Source: Spongospora subterranea f. sp. subterranea
Lineage: Eukaryota
Direction: 5' to 3'
Assembly: GCA_049724395.1 (NCBI GenBank)
Contig: JAUGWO010000104.1
Coordinates: forward strand, 62,001 to 126,000
Length of the DNA stretch: 64,000 nt
The position numbers were made by a program, and so were the translations under genes. The notes under the pieces were generated by a model. That model was not told where the DNA came from. It made no database searches and saw only the letters and a program-made list of their open reading frames with translations. How positions within the stretch are numbered: position 1 is the first letter of the stretch; each line of letters starts with the position of its first letter. Shown piece after piece: positions 48,198-63,070 of the stretch.

Positions 48198-49970
48198 GGC
48201 CGTCACCGGCTGTCCAACTGTCCCGGGGACGAACAGATCCAAATACCCGACTGACGCACAACAACGCACAGACAACTGCCTTTCTGTTTTTTCTGTCCTT
48301 GTTCGTTACTTTACGATACTGCGAAAGGCGCATAACAGCAAGGGGTGACCATGACTACGGTATTGGTCGCGCTGCAGTTGAAGCCTGACTGGAAATGGGG
48401 GAAGCCCCTTCAGTACAAGACTCGCAATTCATTTCAGTCCTTATCCAAAGAAGGGCGCACGTCGAATCCTGGATGGAATGAGTTCTCAACGTCTCGGTTT
48501 ACGTCGATACTAGCTCACAGACTTCAGATCATGTCAAGTTACGAAAACTCGCTCTAAATGGATGAAGTGAATGATTTTTGTATCCATCCATGGGGTACTG
48601 CTCAGCGTAAAATTGATCATGCCCATCGACGGAATGCTTTCCCTTTGTTGCATGCTATGAGTATTTTGAGACGAACCCCCCCCCCCACCTTCAGGATATG
48701 AATCGAAAAGAGTGTTGTTTGGTAATGATGCGTTTGACTTTTGATAAGATATCACAATGTCCATGACATATTTCTTGTGTTGGTGATGATGGAAGCTGAA
48801 ATTTTCTTATTGCACGACAGAACAAGAATTGCGACCGATTCCATATAGTGGATCTGCAGAAACTTCAGCTGCCTGCGTACGGCTGATAATGAGCAAATTG
48901 TAGAAAGGCTACAAATAAAGGTTGCTGAAACAGGTTCGAGACATCTGAACAAATCCAACCGACTTATTTTTTAACAAAAAAAAGACGGTGAGTCGTCAAC
49001 GCCAAGCACAGGCTCTTCGACTGATCGAAATGTATCAGCGACTAATTGATAACCGCTGTTATATCATTGTCTGAGATTGAGAAGTTGGGAAAGTCGTTTC
49101 GTTTCTGTCCAGATTTGTCCGCTGGCAGTCCATTCACAAAATTCGCCTCATGATGGACCCCTGATCAACCGTCCGATCAAGAATTTCGATCCATTAGTTG
49201 TTTTCAAAATTTCTGAAAAGCTTACGTCGTTCTCATGAAAGAACGCCCAGGTAGTCGTCACGGACTCAAGCCTAAAAAACTCAATAGATCGTCGGTCTAG
49301 CATGAACTCGAATGATTGCCATATCGAATCATAACCCAGCAATCTCGAACAAAAAACAAATTTATATTTGACCAAGATTGGGTTTTGACGGACGTTTTGT
49401 AAAGATTTAACCTGATAACCCTGAGCAAATTGTTGGAATAAGTTCCCAATTACTGTACGTGAAAATTAGCATCACTAATGAATTGCAATCGTTGGGCATG
49501 GACCCAGACATGTTCGAATGTACATAGTCACATCTTCGAGATGTGTGGACTATTCCGGCAAGCGTATACATCAGCTCGTATACCGAAGGAGATCCGCGCC
49601 TGAAAACTGCTGTTTGAGTCCTCGGACGTTGACGGGGACTTTGCACTAATCTGCTGAAACCCTTGCACATTTGGACTAATGTTGTGCGATGTCGCTACAA
49701 GTCTGAACTCTTCGACAATCGAGGATAGCGACCACCAAAAGTGGAGGACCTCCCTTGGTTCTCATCAAAGACTTTCGAACGTTCTTTTTGTGATCTTTTA
49801 GAAATGTGCGATTCAACTGCAGTGCGCAATTAATTGTTTGCGCGATACTGATTGCATTTAATGCGGCACCACGAACGCGAAATGTCATTTTTACTTTTTA
49901 CCCGAATCTAACTGGTGTAAGGTTCGTCATCGATTTGCCCCCGTAACGGGAGGCGGCAGCATTATTAGGC

Positions 49971-52900
49971 ATGGCGGCAATGGACGACATTCTTTATAAC
50001 TCAGTCGATGTTGCGTCATGGGCCGTTCACAGCGAAGTATTACGAGCCGATACCCCCTACGACGTTATTGATCATATCGATTCGTCGAATGCTGCCGTCG
50101 GTAATCGCTTTAAGAAGAGGTTAGAGCCTCGCTAACTCGCGTTGGTTTCCTGGAGACATTTTTTTCTTCAGTATCTTGTTTTTGCATAAAAAAACTATCG
50201 GTTGTGAAGACTGAAATCGTGATTGACGTTATTTTTCATATTTACAGTTGATCTCTTATAATTTTTGTAAATTGCTGTAATTTTCTGACCGAGTTTGTTC
50301 GTTATTCTGCATTTTTCACGGGCTCTCCTTTTGGTACTGCGTGTTTATTGATAGGACAGTATCTCTTTAGCGTTTGCTCTCGCCTTTGGCACCTCCTAGG
50401 GCTTTCCGGAACGCCGTTGCCATCAGGAACATCGCTGGGTGTGCACTATTCTAACAGGAGGTACTGGCACGGGGCCCGACATGGCGATTTTACGGCGGTA
50501 GGCACCTATTCTGGCATCCAACTCATTCGGTTCAACCCCGATGATAAAACGGCATCTATTCGAGACCACGACTTATTCGAAATTCATCGTAATCGACGGT
50601 TCTTTTGATTTTTATGTTTTCCCACGGTTTGCAAACAAACATTTCTTCCGATGCGACTCAGTTGTTTATAATTTGGCAAGGTCATCTGTTTCCTAATGCT
50701 CGTGTTCGCTGTTTTGTTAGCAATTGTTTATTGTCACATTTGTATCAGTTGATACACAAATGCCGATACCTCATCATTACTGTGGTTTGGTGTTTGTTTC
50801 CTGTTTTTTTCGAGACAAAGAATCTTTCACTTTTTTCAGTAATATGTTTCAAATATCAAAATGTGATAGGAAATGTTGGTTCAGGTGTCTCAGGCTCTGT
50901 AGATGTACCAACCTGCTTGACTTTCTCAGCAAGTGGACGCTATTTTGCTTGTGCTTTCTCTGGCCATGTTCACGTATATGACAGTTCAAACCTGAGCGAA
51001 ACGTTGCGGAAGATGATCAAGATGCCGATCAACGGCACCATTGTCGGCGTGGAGTTTGTCCAGGAGACCGCCCCTCCTGTTATATGTGTTGTTACGCAAC
51101 AAGCAGTAGTTTACAGTATCGACCTGGACAAGGCTGTCGCTTCGTTCAGCGGCGATTCTGCTGCTCCCCGCCGTTCTCTCAGCGACTCCATCGCTATGAC
51201 CCTTGGCAGGTTTGTATGGACATGGTTTGTTTGCTCGCACTAACTTCTGCTAGTTAGTTTCTCGCAACAATACTCGCTTCAGCATGTTTTTGAACATTTA
51301 GTCGGTGCCGTGTTTTGCGTAGAAACTAGGACTCTACTGGTATTCAGCCCGAAAACCGATCCATCTGCGTCAGAAATCTTTCATACAGAAGATCCTCGTC
51401 GTGTCGATCCAAGACTCTCTATTGTGGCTCTGCGTGTTGCGGTTGACCCACAAACGCATCATATTGACCTTCAGTCGCAGAACCGTGTTTTGAGGGATGA
51501 GCCAATTGCTGCAAATTTTACGCCATCAAGTCGCCTTGCCAACATCTTAGGTCGTTGGCTGATCAATTTGCGTTGTCATGAATCGTTAATTTTCAGAAGC
51601 AGGTCATTCACGATCAATATTGTCACGTTTATCGAAAGATTCCATCGCCCCTGTCCATGTGCGTATATCGCCTGGCGGCAAATTCGTTGCCACTCTAGAT
51701 GCATATGGTCATTTATCATTGTTTGGATTGCCACATTTCGAGACTCTAGGCGCTATGCAATTGCCGTCATTTCCGACCGATATCGCGTTCTGGAGTGACA
51801 ATGGTAAGCTTTGCTGTTTCACGTTTCCATAAGTTTCGTCGTTCTTTTTTCTTTGCAAATATTTTTCTTTTCTTTGGTAGTGTTAGTGTTTCCGTTGCTT
51901 TGAAGTAGACTCATCAATATGTATTCAGATATAGCGATCGCTTTTGTCCAAGGAATAATCAAATTGTGGTCGTTTCAATTTCCTACACCGTCCATATTCG
52001 ATTTGACGTTGCGATCTTGCCCACCAGGTAAAGTCAGATCTTTGCGCTGTTGCACATTTCCGGCAAATATTTTGCCGCGCTTAATATTGCTCTATGATGG
52101 GGTTTCCTACTTTTACATTCCGTTTTCTGTGATTGACTCAGTTGTTGTTTTTCAGTTTTGTTCATGGACGATGCTAAGCTGGAACTCTTCTCTTCCGGTC
52201 GCTCTGATATCGGCGAATTATATGTACTGCAGTCACGCTTAGGTTTTTTACGTCCTCGGCGCTCGTGGCCTGAAGCTGAATCAAAAAAAGGCGAGTCAGA
52301 CACCGGCATTTTCGAGAGAAGCAGTTTCGCCCTTTCGTGCTTGTCTAGGTAGAATGACACCATTATCATCATTTACTTTAAAGTTACGTTTCCGTATCGA
52401 TATTCAGGTATTTTGTCTTTGTCCAGAGCCGTACCTATTTCGCATTAATTACTCATTTGTTTTTCTGAAATTTGAACACATTTTACATTAACTTTTGATA
52501 TAATGTCTCTGATTTTTTTATTCAAAGCGTGTCCCCCGAGAAAGCGCTTCAGTATTGTTTGTCCAAAAATCAGTACGATACGGCGCTATCTATCTGCGTC
52601 AAACACGGTCTTTCCACCGACCCTGTTTACAAACGACAGTGGGAGCGATCTGATGTTAACTCTGACGCAATCACTGCTTTTCTGGTTAAGGTCGTGCATG
52701 ATCCTTTTTGGAGTCTCGAGCAGTGCCGGGTCCGTTGCGGTAACAATGCGGACGACCAGCGTAGACTGCTGGAGTTTGGTATTTCGCTCACTGACAATGC
52801 TTCAAAAACGTTGTTTCGCGGCGATTCTTTTATTTTGATTTATCTGATTGTTTTTTATAGATTGGATTCTCCTGATGCCGTTGTTTGGGCGTATCGTCTC

Positions 52901-55900
52901 GTCTTCCGGTTTTATTTACGTTTGCTCGCAACGTTTATCATCATTCAAGATTGGGATCCTGAACGGTAGCGTCGTTTGCCTACATGCACTTTTTTTGCGT
53001 TTTCCAATTCGCTGTTGTCGAGGTTTACTGTATTTGATGTTACATTTTCTTACTCTCTGTACATGACTAGGTATATTTCTTTTCGATCGACAACACTGGT
53101 GGAGACAGCGAAGCTTATGGCCGCATCTGAAAATATTCTTGTTGCAGAACGACCTTCTACTTTGGGAAATGTTGATGTTTTGGCAATTTTGTTTTCCCGA
53201 CATCGTCACGTGCTCTATCCCCATTTGCTGTCAATCCTTGACTGTATCCCTGAAGCTGTTCCTGTATCAACGTTCGTCTCGTCTTTTTATGAAATTGGTT
53301 TTTCATCTACTTGAATTCGATCCAAGTTCTTTGTTTCGACATTTAGTTTTACGTTTGTTCTTGTTCAAGAAAGCAGTATTGTGACTGATAATGCATTTTA
53401 GATACGCCTGTCTGATTCCCCATCAAACTCTTGCCGCTTGTAATCCTTTTGAATGCCCTCTCGGTGTTGATTGGGTAGAGGCAGATCCGGGTTTTTCGTC
53501 AGCAGCGCTTTCCAGCCCTGTGGTACAATCTTGTTCGGACCTGAAATCATGGGAGGAATATGTAACTGCACCAATTCTCAATTCAGTCGATCATGATTTT
53601 CCGTCTTGGTTTATCCGCCGAACTATTGCCATCGATTCGCATTGTGGCCTTGTCAGTAACGCCCTCGACCTTATCGAAATCGCATTTGTTCGATATCTCG
53701 AGAATCCAGAAATCCGGCATTTTACCAATCTGGTTCGCGTCTTTGCTCGATTCGTGTACGAATGGGATCCAGAGCCATCTGGCCATCATTCATTGGCTGA
53801 TTTCGTATCTGCCAATTCTTTATCGCGTGTTCAAATTCTGCTTTCAGGATCCTCTGCTTCAACAATAGTCGACAATATACGCGAACGCCTGATTGACCAA
53901 GACCGTCAGGAAGCTCTCCTTCCGTATTTGATACGACATGTAGCTCCTCATCGCCCCGCATTATTGGTTCCCGTTTTGGCTGGAGATGTTTTCCCTCATG
54001 ATCAATCCGCCGATATCGCCAGACTGGCGATTGGTGAATGTATGGAGGCGCCCGGTGACCTCAACGCCCTCAAAGAGTTAGGCGTGCTTGGTGGCGACGA
54101 GAGATCTTCCAGAATCATTAAGTCAGTTGAAATATCTGCTCGTCGGAACCGTCCACATTCTCCTAAGTTTTTCTCTCAACCTCCCACCGTGAGTGTTTAC
54201 ACAGTTGTTCCATTATTTATACTTTCTCAACTATGCCGCTGATTTGTAGCTCTTTTATCCTGTTATCAGGAACCCTCATGATCTGTTTTTTTTTTGCCAA
54301 TTACCATAGTCACGCAGTGAAGCTCAATGTGCACGTTGATTGTATTTCTTTAAAACCACAATGTACTCAATCTCTGACGACAGATGGACGCAGTATTTGA
54401 TGTTGTTCGAAAGCTGATCGATGATGAAGTGGCTTCGTCCAATTTATCTTCGCTCCTACCTGTGGGTCCACGCTACGCTCCATTGCTCAACGACGTTTAC
54501 GCCATGGTTGGGTCCGATCATGTTGGCCATGCGCAAGAAATTTTCTTAGCTTCCGTGTTTTCCCATTCCGAGTATGAAAGCGCTCTGCAACTAGCCACTT
54601 TAGTCGACGCCGGACGGTTCCAAAAGGTTGCATTAGCGGAAAGCCGCCGCTTGTTCAACCAGAGCCAGACTGTGGATACGGAAGGGGACGCATCTCTTGT
54701 TCAGTCACGTATTATTTTGGCACTGTGCGACCACTCTGCCGATGTTGCTGTTGAAAAAAACTTACACTCAGCGCTGTGCATTTTGCACAAAATCGGTACT
54801 TTTCTTATCAGTGTTCTTTTTTGCACGCTGGTTCAGGTGTTTTCGGTTGATAATGGCTTTTCAAGGTTAGCTTTGTCAGGTTGCATTGACGTAGAATATT
54901 CAGGTGTGAAAACTATAAAGCCGATTGAGCTCCGCTCAGAATCGCACCGGGCAGAGCTTTTGGGTCGCGTCATTAGCATTCTTATCGACAATCAGATTGA
55001 AGGTAAATCGCAATTTCTTCTTCACTTCGTATCATTTGGTGTGCACATCGATTGTTTTCTGCGTAGCTTCCATCCAGCCGTGTTTCGAATGTATTTTGCT
55101 CCGATTTTGGTATGATGTTTCGATCATCTTGTTCATCTTCACGTCAGGAAACGTTCAAATTGACGCCCTTGTTGAATTTTGCCGTCTACTTGGAATCAAT
55201 GACGCCCAACAATTGACCGCCATTCAAGTCAATTGCGCCCGCGAGATGTTCTTGCGCTCTCCAACACTTCAGCCATCAGCCGTTGTGCTTGCTGCCGAAT
55301 CCATGGCCACTCATGCCTACGCCGATGGATGGCAGGAGTGCACAGCGATGGGTGACCCTGTACTGTTGCGACATGCGGTTTGGGCATGCCCGGTAGCGCA
55401 ACTTACGGAGCGCGTTCGTGCAGCTCGAGCCGCTGCTTTGTCGCCAACTGCCGCGAAGCACCCTGCTGTACTCAGCTTGAACGCTTCTTTTCTATTGAAT
55501 CAGATGCTAAAAGGTTGGTTCTGGCTCTCTTTGACTGACCCTAGTTATGATTCCAATCTGTTTGTTCAGCCTCCATAGTTCTCTCTGCTATGTATTCTAC
55601 ATTTTCTTCGTCATTTTGATTGCGTTATATTGTGCGGAACGGTCTATAAATCTTTCTGTTCTCATAGTAAATCAATCGTTACCGACTGGCAAGTCACCAT
55701 CAATGATGCCTCCAGTTAGTATGTCGTCATTAATGGCGTTCGGGTTTGTCGAAACCAAACGCTCGAAAACCGCTATTCCATTACTGGAAACGTTAAAGGC
55801 CAGAGGTCTATCGCATTCTGTCGCCGTTGATGTTAGTATTCGTATCGCCTGTCTTGTGGCACTTTCATCCATCACCGACGTCGCCGAGATGGTATATGCA

Positions 55901-58900
55901 CCCGAAAAAACTCTGCACTCAGCGTTGGCTGTGAATTCGTCCCTCGACTTCGCCCACGAGATCGCGGAGCTGATTTCTATGAGGCAGCTTTTGGCCGATA
56001 CTCAAAAGACGCTGACGGCTTGCCATCAACAAGTGGATATGGATCGAATGGCTGTTGATTCGAATTATGCTCGAGACGCGCTCCATGATTTGGTTCAGAG
56101 GTATGTCCCGTGCGCTGTTTTCAGTTAAGTTCAGTGTTCTTTTTTTGTACCCGTTTTTTTTTCATTAAAGCTGTCTCGTGATGTAGCGAGTTTTCAAAAT
56201 TCTACCACGGGTCATCCCCGTTCGCGTTTTGTTTTCCGCCATGTTCCGATCGTGGTTCTTCGATCTTAGTTGCAGTTTTGGATCAAAAAACCTTTGTTTG
56301 TTGGGTGCTGCTAAATTTTGTACCTCTAAATGTGGTTTGCCTAGTGTTCCAGCTTACTTTGTTGCTGTTATAGTGCGGAAATTTCCGAAATCAACGCTGC
56401 CATATTATTGGCGCCCTCGTATCATGTTCCGTTCGGCGATCTGCTTCTTCATCATATCCGGTTTGCGTTTCGATCAATAAAGGATGACGCCGCTCTTTCG
56501 AGTCACGTCGACCGTGTTGGGTGATTAGTTCTCAGTTTTGATTTTTGTCTGTTTTTTTATATGCCTTCCTGTATACATGTCTTTATTCTCTGCTTTTCAT
56601 ATGATCTGAATCGCTTTGTTTTCCGTGTTTACAGCTGTGCGAATCGTTCCATTTGTTTTTTGAGGCAAGCGATTCGCCCTTTTGGACGTCAGTATTGGAT
56701 GAAATTGACGGTCGCGATTATTGTCGTCTGGCCCTGCAATTCAAAATGCGATCGAGGGCACAGAACGCTGCTTCCACTCCGATTTCGAATATGAACAAAC
56801 ATGTCAGCGTACGTTCTGGCAGCTTTTTGAAAATCTCTGTTTTAATTTGCTTTGACGAATTCTCAGCTATTGGAGCGGCTCCGCGGCGGAAACATCGTTT
56901 TAGATTATAAAGTTCTTATGCAGGGTGGGATTAGTTCTTATCAGCAGTTGCATAACTCCATTAGCGACTCGGTATTGCCTTTTTTTTGTTGTACTCGCGA
57001 CATTAAATCTCGTCATTGCCTTTTTGCCTTGCCATTCTTTCGTCATAAAGTTAATTGTTCGGGGCCAGTTGCGGATACGTGCACATTTATCGCCTTGATC
57101 TTTGTTCGATGATTTCTGGCAATTTTCATTTATTTTCACGGTTCGTCTTTGACTGACTATTTCTCTTTATCAATGCAATTTCATGCGAATGTCGTAGTAA
57201 TTGAGTCTTTTGTTGCCCAGAGTGTATCCATTCTTTTGCGACTAGCTCCCTGGATTCGTGAACTTCAGGAGCAGGATTCAACGCCCCCAATCACGTCCGC
57301 GCAGATTATCATCGATTATCTCTCTGCATCCCTCTCACCTTTATCTCATCTTCCACCCGACGAAGTTCTAGTCCAGTTATATGGCCAATATCTCGCTAAA
57401 TTGCCTCCTTCTTCTTGTGAGACCGATATCAAATGCCACCTTTGTTTTTTCAAGCCTACACTATTGTTTACAGTTTTGCCATTCACATTGTTTGTCTTGC
57501 GCTGCTTTTCGTACCTTGATTTCCTCTGCTTCGTTTTTTGTGCTACTGAGGTTGCTGACGTCTCAAATAGTTGTGGAATTAGTAAAGGCCATGTTCATTC
57601 CTGTATTTATTGAGTTCGGTCATCGTTACCTTCAAACAGCCCCTGGCATCGATCGCTGCTCGCGTGAATTTATTGAAGCGGTTGCAACATTAAGGTGACA
57701 GTTTCTCGTGTCAGCTTCCGTTTTCGTTATACTTACTCATGCTTTACTGTTTTTCAAACACTTTGATCGGATGAACCTGCCTGTTGTTGAGCTCTGCTTC
57801 CACTCAGGACCTTGCGCGCACTTGCAGACGTTCAGGCGCGAAGCGGGAGCGGGGCAGCGAGTGCCGCTTTACTGGCCCAGGTTCCCTTCGCGAGTGATGA
57901 CTTGCGTGCATCATTTGACTCCTGTCTCCGTTCGTGTTTATCGTTATCTATCGATTTTGACGAACTGCAGATTTTTATTTCTTGCATCAATTCCACAATT
58001 GGTATGGCTTTTCGTCGTCTGCTGTAACATGGTTCTTTGTGTTTTCCATTTCTGTGAGGAATCGATTGGTTGATATGTCTTTGTCTTAACGGATATATTT
58101 GTGATTTCTTGTTTCATTTTATGTGTGCTGTGTTGTTCCTCATTTCCGTCTCGGGTATTTGGGTTTTATCTAGAAAAATCCTGAAAGTTTTCAACAGAGG
58201 GCATGGATGAGGGCGAGGAAGCGGTTATTCCCGAATATCGTGCAGTTCGTGTAATCGAATCATACGTGATCGAGATGATGAGTGTGGTTTCCGCCGATCC
58301 CAACCCAAATTATTCAAATAACGGCCAATCTACCCATATTCTTGTTTGTATATTGACTCTAGAAATATGATTTTCACTTTGCGCAACATAATTTTTTTCG
58401 AATTCCTATGTCTGTTTTCAGCAGAAATTTTTTCAATACATCAAAATTCACGATTGTGATGCTTATGATAATTTTTACTTTTCTCAGAGCTACATTGGAG
58501 ACGATGGTCCACGACCTTGTCCCCCAAACAAGTCATCATCTGCTGCTGCCTCCCTTGTTCGCGTGTTCCGTGTCTATCCCGGTGCGGTCACACTTCTGTC
58601 CCGAGAACATGTCAAAGCCGCCGTCCAGGACGAAAGTCTTTCATTTCCCGCTCGCGCTGCTCTATCTGAAGTTCTAGTTTCTGCCTACCGTATGTGGATT
58701 TTTCTTCGAAATCTGTCTTTGGGCCTAGGAACTTTTGAGCCAACCGTTCTTATATTTTTTGACTATTTTCCGCTGCTAGCTGAATCTTGTTGCACGCCGT
58801 TTAGTTTTGTCTTTTTTCAACAGTTTTTCTTCGGTGTTTCATTATTTTCCTCATTTTTGTGAGTCATCATTCTCATCTCGGGTTCGCCACATCAAAATTA

Positions 58901-60057
58901 TACTTAGAAAGCGATCTGGATGAGGATCATGGGGAAGTTATGATTGCGGGATTATGCCAGCAGTGTTGGCCGGTCCAGGATCAACCAGACATGGCCGTCG
59001 ATGCCCCTGTTCATGTCCTCCACGGAACTCGCCCAAAATCTTATTGACAACGCGCGCGATGAACTTCAGGTCGAGTCATTTTTTTTTTGCGTCATGTGGG
59101 CTTTCACTTTTTTGGTTTAAGACTATTTTTGGTTAAATTGTTTAGTCAACGCTAATCAATTTCAAAGAACGTTCAAAAAACCCTTTTGTTAATTTTGTTT
59201 TCATCTTTGAACTTAGTAACTGTTTATTAACTTTAAGGTCATTTCAGATTTGTGCTTGCGCCACAATTATAAGGTCCCATCCTGGGTTAGCAGCAGATCA
59301 ATCGCTTCCTTTTTCATTGCTGCAGCGGGCTATGCTTGTTTTGCTGCCAAGTGCGCCCTTACGATTCCTGCATCTTTACATTGGCAGTCAGCTCACCGAT
59401 CCTGAACGATTTCGGTTGATCGAGGCTCTGAGTTCTGTCAAAGGGCTCTCGCTCGTATTTCCCATCAAGACGGCGCTTTTGAGCTCTGGAATTGAATTTG
59501 AGAAGATGGCCGCTGTCCGGATAAAGAAGATTGTGGCTGCGGACGAACTTGAAGCTTTATCATCGTTAGAGGTAATCTGGGTGTGCTTGCACTTCAATCA
59601 ATTCGTTAGAAAATGCAGTTGGTTTCGGTTTCTTTGGTTTACAAAGTGTCTGGTTTGCGCCGTTTTGAACGCTTTCCAAATTTTGTTCTGCGCGACTTAA
59701 ATGACATCTCCGATTTCACAGGCTGATCTTTCAGATTTTGGTGGCAATAGTGTCATCGGTCTGTCGCTGAGCGCCGACTTAATTTCTGAATTAGTTGACA
59801 CTCCAGTCGCTGGCCTTTTATTTCGTCATCTTCGTGCGTCGCCGGCCGACGCGCTTCGTGCAGCATGCGTTCTTTGCGCTCAGCAGCGATTCATGGCGGC
59901 TGCTGCCGTTTTGGATGCGTCTCCCAGGTTCTGTCGTGATCCACGCAGATCTCTTGCCGTTTTGGTTCGGCAACTCTCCGGTTCTCGTTCGACGGATGTA
60001 ACAGTCGTCAACGCGATTCAACAGTTATCTGCTGCAAATCTCAATACATTAACATAA
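49971..60057 (+). CDS. NBAS: NBAS/Sec39-family tethering factor, many exons
   Basis: N-terminal DDILY, beta-propeller-like exons, QYDTALSICVKHGLSTDPVYKRQWERS, LLSILDCIPE, WFIRRTIAIDSHCGLVSNALDL. Exon borders not fully resolved. Confidence 0.85.
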
Positions 60058-60125
60058 TTTCTCACTCGTTTTCTGATTAGAAATTGCATTGTTTGAAGAT
60101 TTGATACCTATACACAAGCGAGCTT

Positions 60126-60229
60126 GATCCGGCAACCAAAAATATGACCATGAGTAACGTGTGTACCATTTTTCGTCTCAACGTTCAGAACTGAAGCGTC
60201 TCCGATATCACATATTTGGTTGCCGGATC
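60126..60229. repeat. Short inverted-repeat element (possible MITE remnant)
   Basis: GATCCGGCAACCAAA(AA)TATG ... CATATTTGGTTGCCGGATC; 15 bp perfect; no clear TSD. Confidence 0.6.
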
Positions 60230-60786
60230 GATTTCGCTTTCGCTTATTCTCAGGTCAAATGAGACCTGAAGTGATGGTTAAATGGGGTCGATCGTGATGA
60301 TTTCGATGAAACAGCCGGGGTGTCAAAAAGACTGTCTCTGTGAACATTTAAAATATTTCGAGCATTCAACGCATTGATTCTGTGTTTACCTGACGTAGGT
60401 ATCAACTTGTCCACCGTCGTGAATTTCGACCAGAACAACTGAGGCGTCGCTTATGGTTTTCAGCGAATCCCTCACGCTGCATATCGGTGGAATACAGGTT
60501 GGGGTTCAAGGTTCTCGACTACAACTGATACAATGCTGCTCAAAGTGCAACTGCACCCATCTCAAAAATATTTAAATCGGAACATGATTCTTGGCAATTT
60601 CACTTGGTTTTCAAAACTAACGTTTGAGAGACATATGTTTCGTGCAAACATAAACTACACCACAGACAAGTTGTATAGAGCAAAAAGTGAGCGATTAGTT
60701 AGAAACATGTTTTGCGTTATCTGCAAAATTTCTTCACTATCAAATTTCGATAATTATCAGACTTTGCGAATAATCGGCACATTTTA

Positions 60787-61944
60787 TTACAACACAGCGT
60801 TTGGATCCCAGCAGTAGCGTTTGGAGTTCGATTCATACAGATGACCAATTTCTTCCATCTCTTGATCATCCAATTTGAAATCGAACACGTTAAGGTTCTC
60901 TTTGATTCGAGCTGGATTCCTGCTTCGTGGCAACGCTATCACATCCTGTTGAATACACCAGCGAAGGAGAACTTGAGCGGAAGTTCGCCCTTGATTGTTG
61001 GCAATTTTGACGATAACCGGATGACCTAGGAGTCGCGTATCGGCCTAAGATTGGAGACTGGTAAGCCAGTAAACAGATAAAACAGGAATTGGTTTGACTT
61101 GGCCAAGGGGTGAATACGCTTCAACTTGGATGGAATTTAAGGTACAGTATGCAAGTAGCTCTCGGTTATCAAGGAACGGATGAAACTCAACTTGATTTAC
61201 TGAGGGTGGAACCGAACATTGAGTAAGAAGTTCTGTCAAATGCCGCTCCAAGAAGTTACTAAACAAAATCACGTTTGCAGAAGTTAGAAGCCACTTTGAG
61301 AATTTTCGACCTAACCTGACGCCAATAGCTTTAGCTTTTCCTTGGTGATATAACTGTTCCAACGCTCGCCAAGAATTTAGACGATACCCGGGATTGTCTG
61401 GAGAGAGCGCGGAAACTTGTGCTCGCCCTGGCCAATGTATAAGGTACCTAGAAAGCACACAATTTGAAAAGATATCATCGGGTTTGGTTTTGAATTTCAG
61501 ACAGATCAAAATAATCAGTTCGTAATCGTGACAATGAATCTAATGCTGCTTGATATGCAACGCTTGTGACACCTGAGTCCTTCGGTTGTAACTTCGAAAC
61601 GATGAACAGTTCCGACCGACTGATACCAACACTCTCAATTGCATCAGCGATAATCGATTCATTTCCATCTGCGAAACCGAGAATCAGTCCAGTTCACAAA
61701 CGCACATTCGGTACTGGAATGAGCTACATACATACAGATGCTGTATCGATGTGGCGATAACCGCACTTCAAAGCGTGGACAACTGCATCATAGCATGACT
61801 TGCCGGAGAGCTAGGAAGATATGATCATCAATCAAGAGTCGAAAGGGCTAAATCAACTTGGATACGTACCTGATATGTCCCAAAGCCTATCATCGGCACC
61901 TTGTCCAGCATATCAACAACGTGAAAAAACTCTGGAGAAGACAT
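60787..61944 (-). CDS. Aldo-keto reductase, multi-exon
   Basis: PMIGFGTY, GYRHIDTA, LFIVSKL, YLIHWP, KAKAIGVSNF, NQVEFHPF, EAYSPLG. Confidence 0.93.
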
Positions 61945-62290
61945 GAATTCCGACTGTGGCAATGAATCCTGGTCACCGGGCCAGTCTCACCCCGGAACGA
62001 CCTTCGATCGTGGCGTAATCGTGAGCACTTTCTGAAAGCTTCCCAGCTCTAATCGTGAGCAGTATATCGATTATTGACGCACCTGACTGGTGACAAGGCT
62101 GCGGCGGCGGGCTCAGTTAAATATCGCCATAACCATGGCTGGCCCATCAGTCGGTTTCATTTCGAGTCAGGTGTATTTGATTGGATTTACGGCTATGAAG
62201 ATGAGGCAACTGTCGCAAAGATTCGTGTATTTGTTGGCTGAGTGTAATCTTTTCGGTTTGTTTTTCGAGTCCTTAGCAAGATTGTCGTCC

Positions 62291-63070
62291 TCAATGCTGT
62301 AGGGTTTTGAGTAGTTTTTTTGTTCTTGGTGGGTACATTGGTTTATTTGAGTTTGATGGTTCCGTGGTATTATCGTGTTCTGCTTGTTTCAATGTTCTGC
62401 TTGGGCCTGTTGCCATACGAGAGTTGTCCACATTCCTTTTCGTTGCGATGTGCTGTGTTGAGTTGGAGCCACGTTTTTGTTGCAGAATTGCGCCCCCTCT
62501 GGATCGCTCCCGTAAATCAACCCTGACATTTGGATCGCTTTCAGAGCACAGATTCCTATCACAACAACGCCTTTGACTACATACGGCATCTCGTTGGATA
62601 AACAAATTAAATGAAATCGAATCTGTTTTGTAACTGCGTCATGCCTTCTGTCGAAATTGTGATGGATCTGTGATACGTTCGATGCATTTAGAGTTTCTGA
62701 AGACGTTTGTTTGAGGTGGCTCATGAATGTATACTTCTTTGCGGCTTGCTCTGGTTGCCACAGGATAGACTGTTTTGTCTGAGGGGTTTGCGTTTAGTTT
62801 AGTTTGTGACAAGAGCGGCACTTCGATCAACTTCATAGTGAAGTCCATAGATGTCCTCATTTCAATAAAGAGTGCCAACAGTGTGCAATCCATGCAATAT
62901 ATCATAATTTTTGTGTAGGGACCGTTACTATATTGAAAGTGTTCAATTATTGTTTCCACAATGGTTGAGGGGGCATAAGTTCTCCAGGTGGCTTTGGGCA
63001 TCTCAGGATTTGCACTCATTCGGCGGTTCCGATTCTCGCTCTCCAGTCGATTCGTTGGCAATTGTGGCAT
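62291..63070 (-). CDS. Possible 3' exons of a hypothetical low-complexity protein
   Basis: Overlapping minus-strand ORFs with polar composition; no motif; structure unresolved. Confidence 0.25.
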
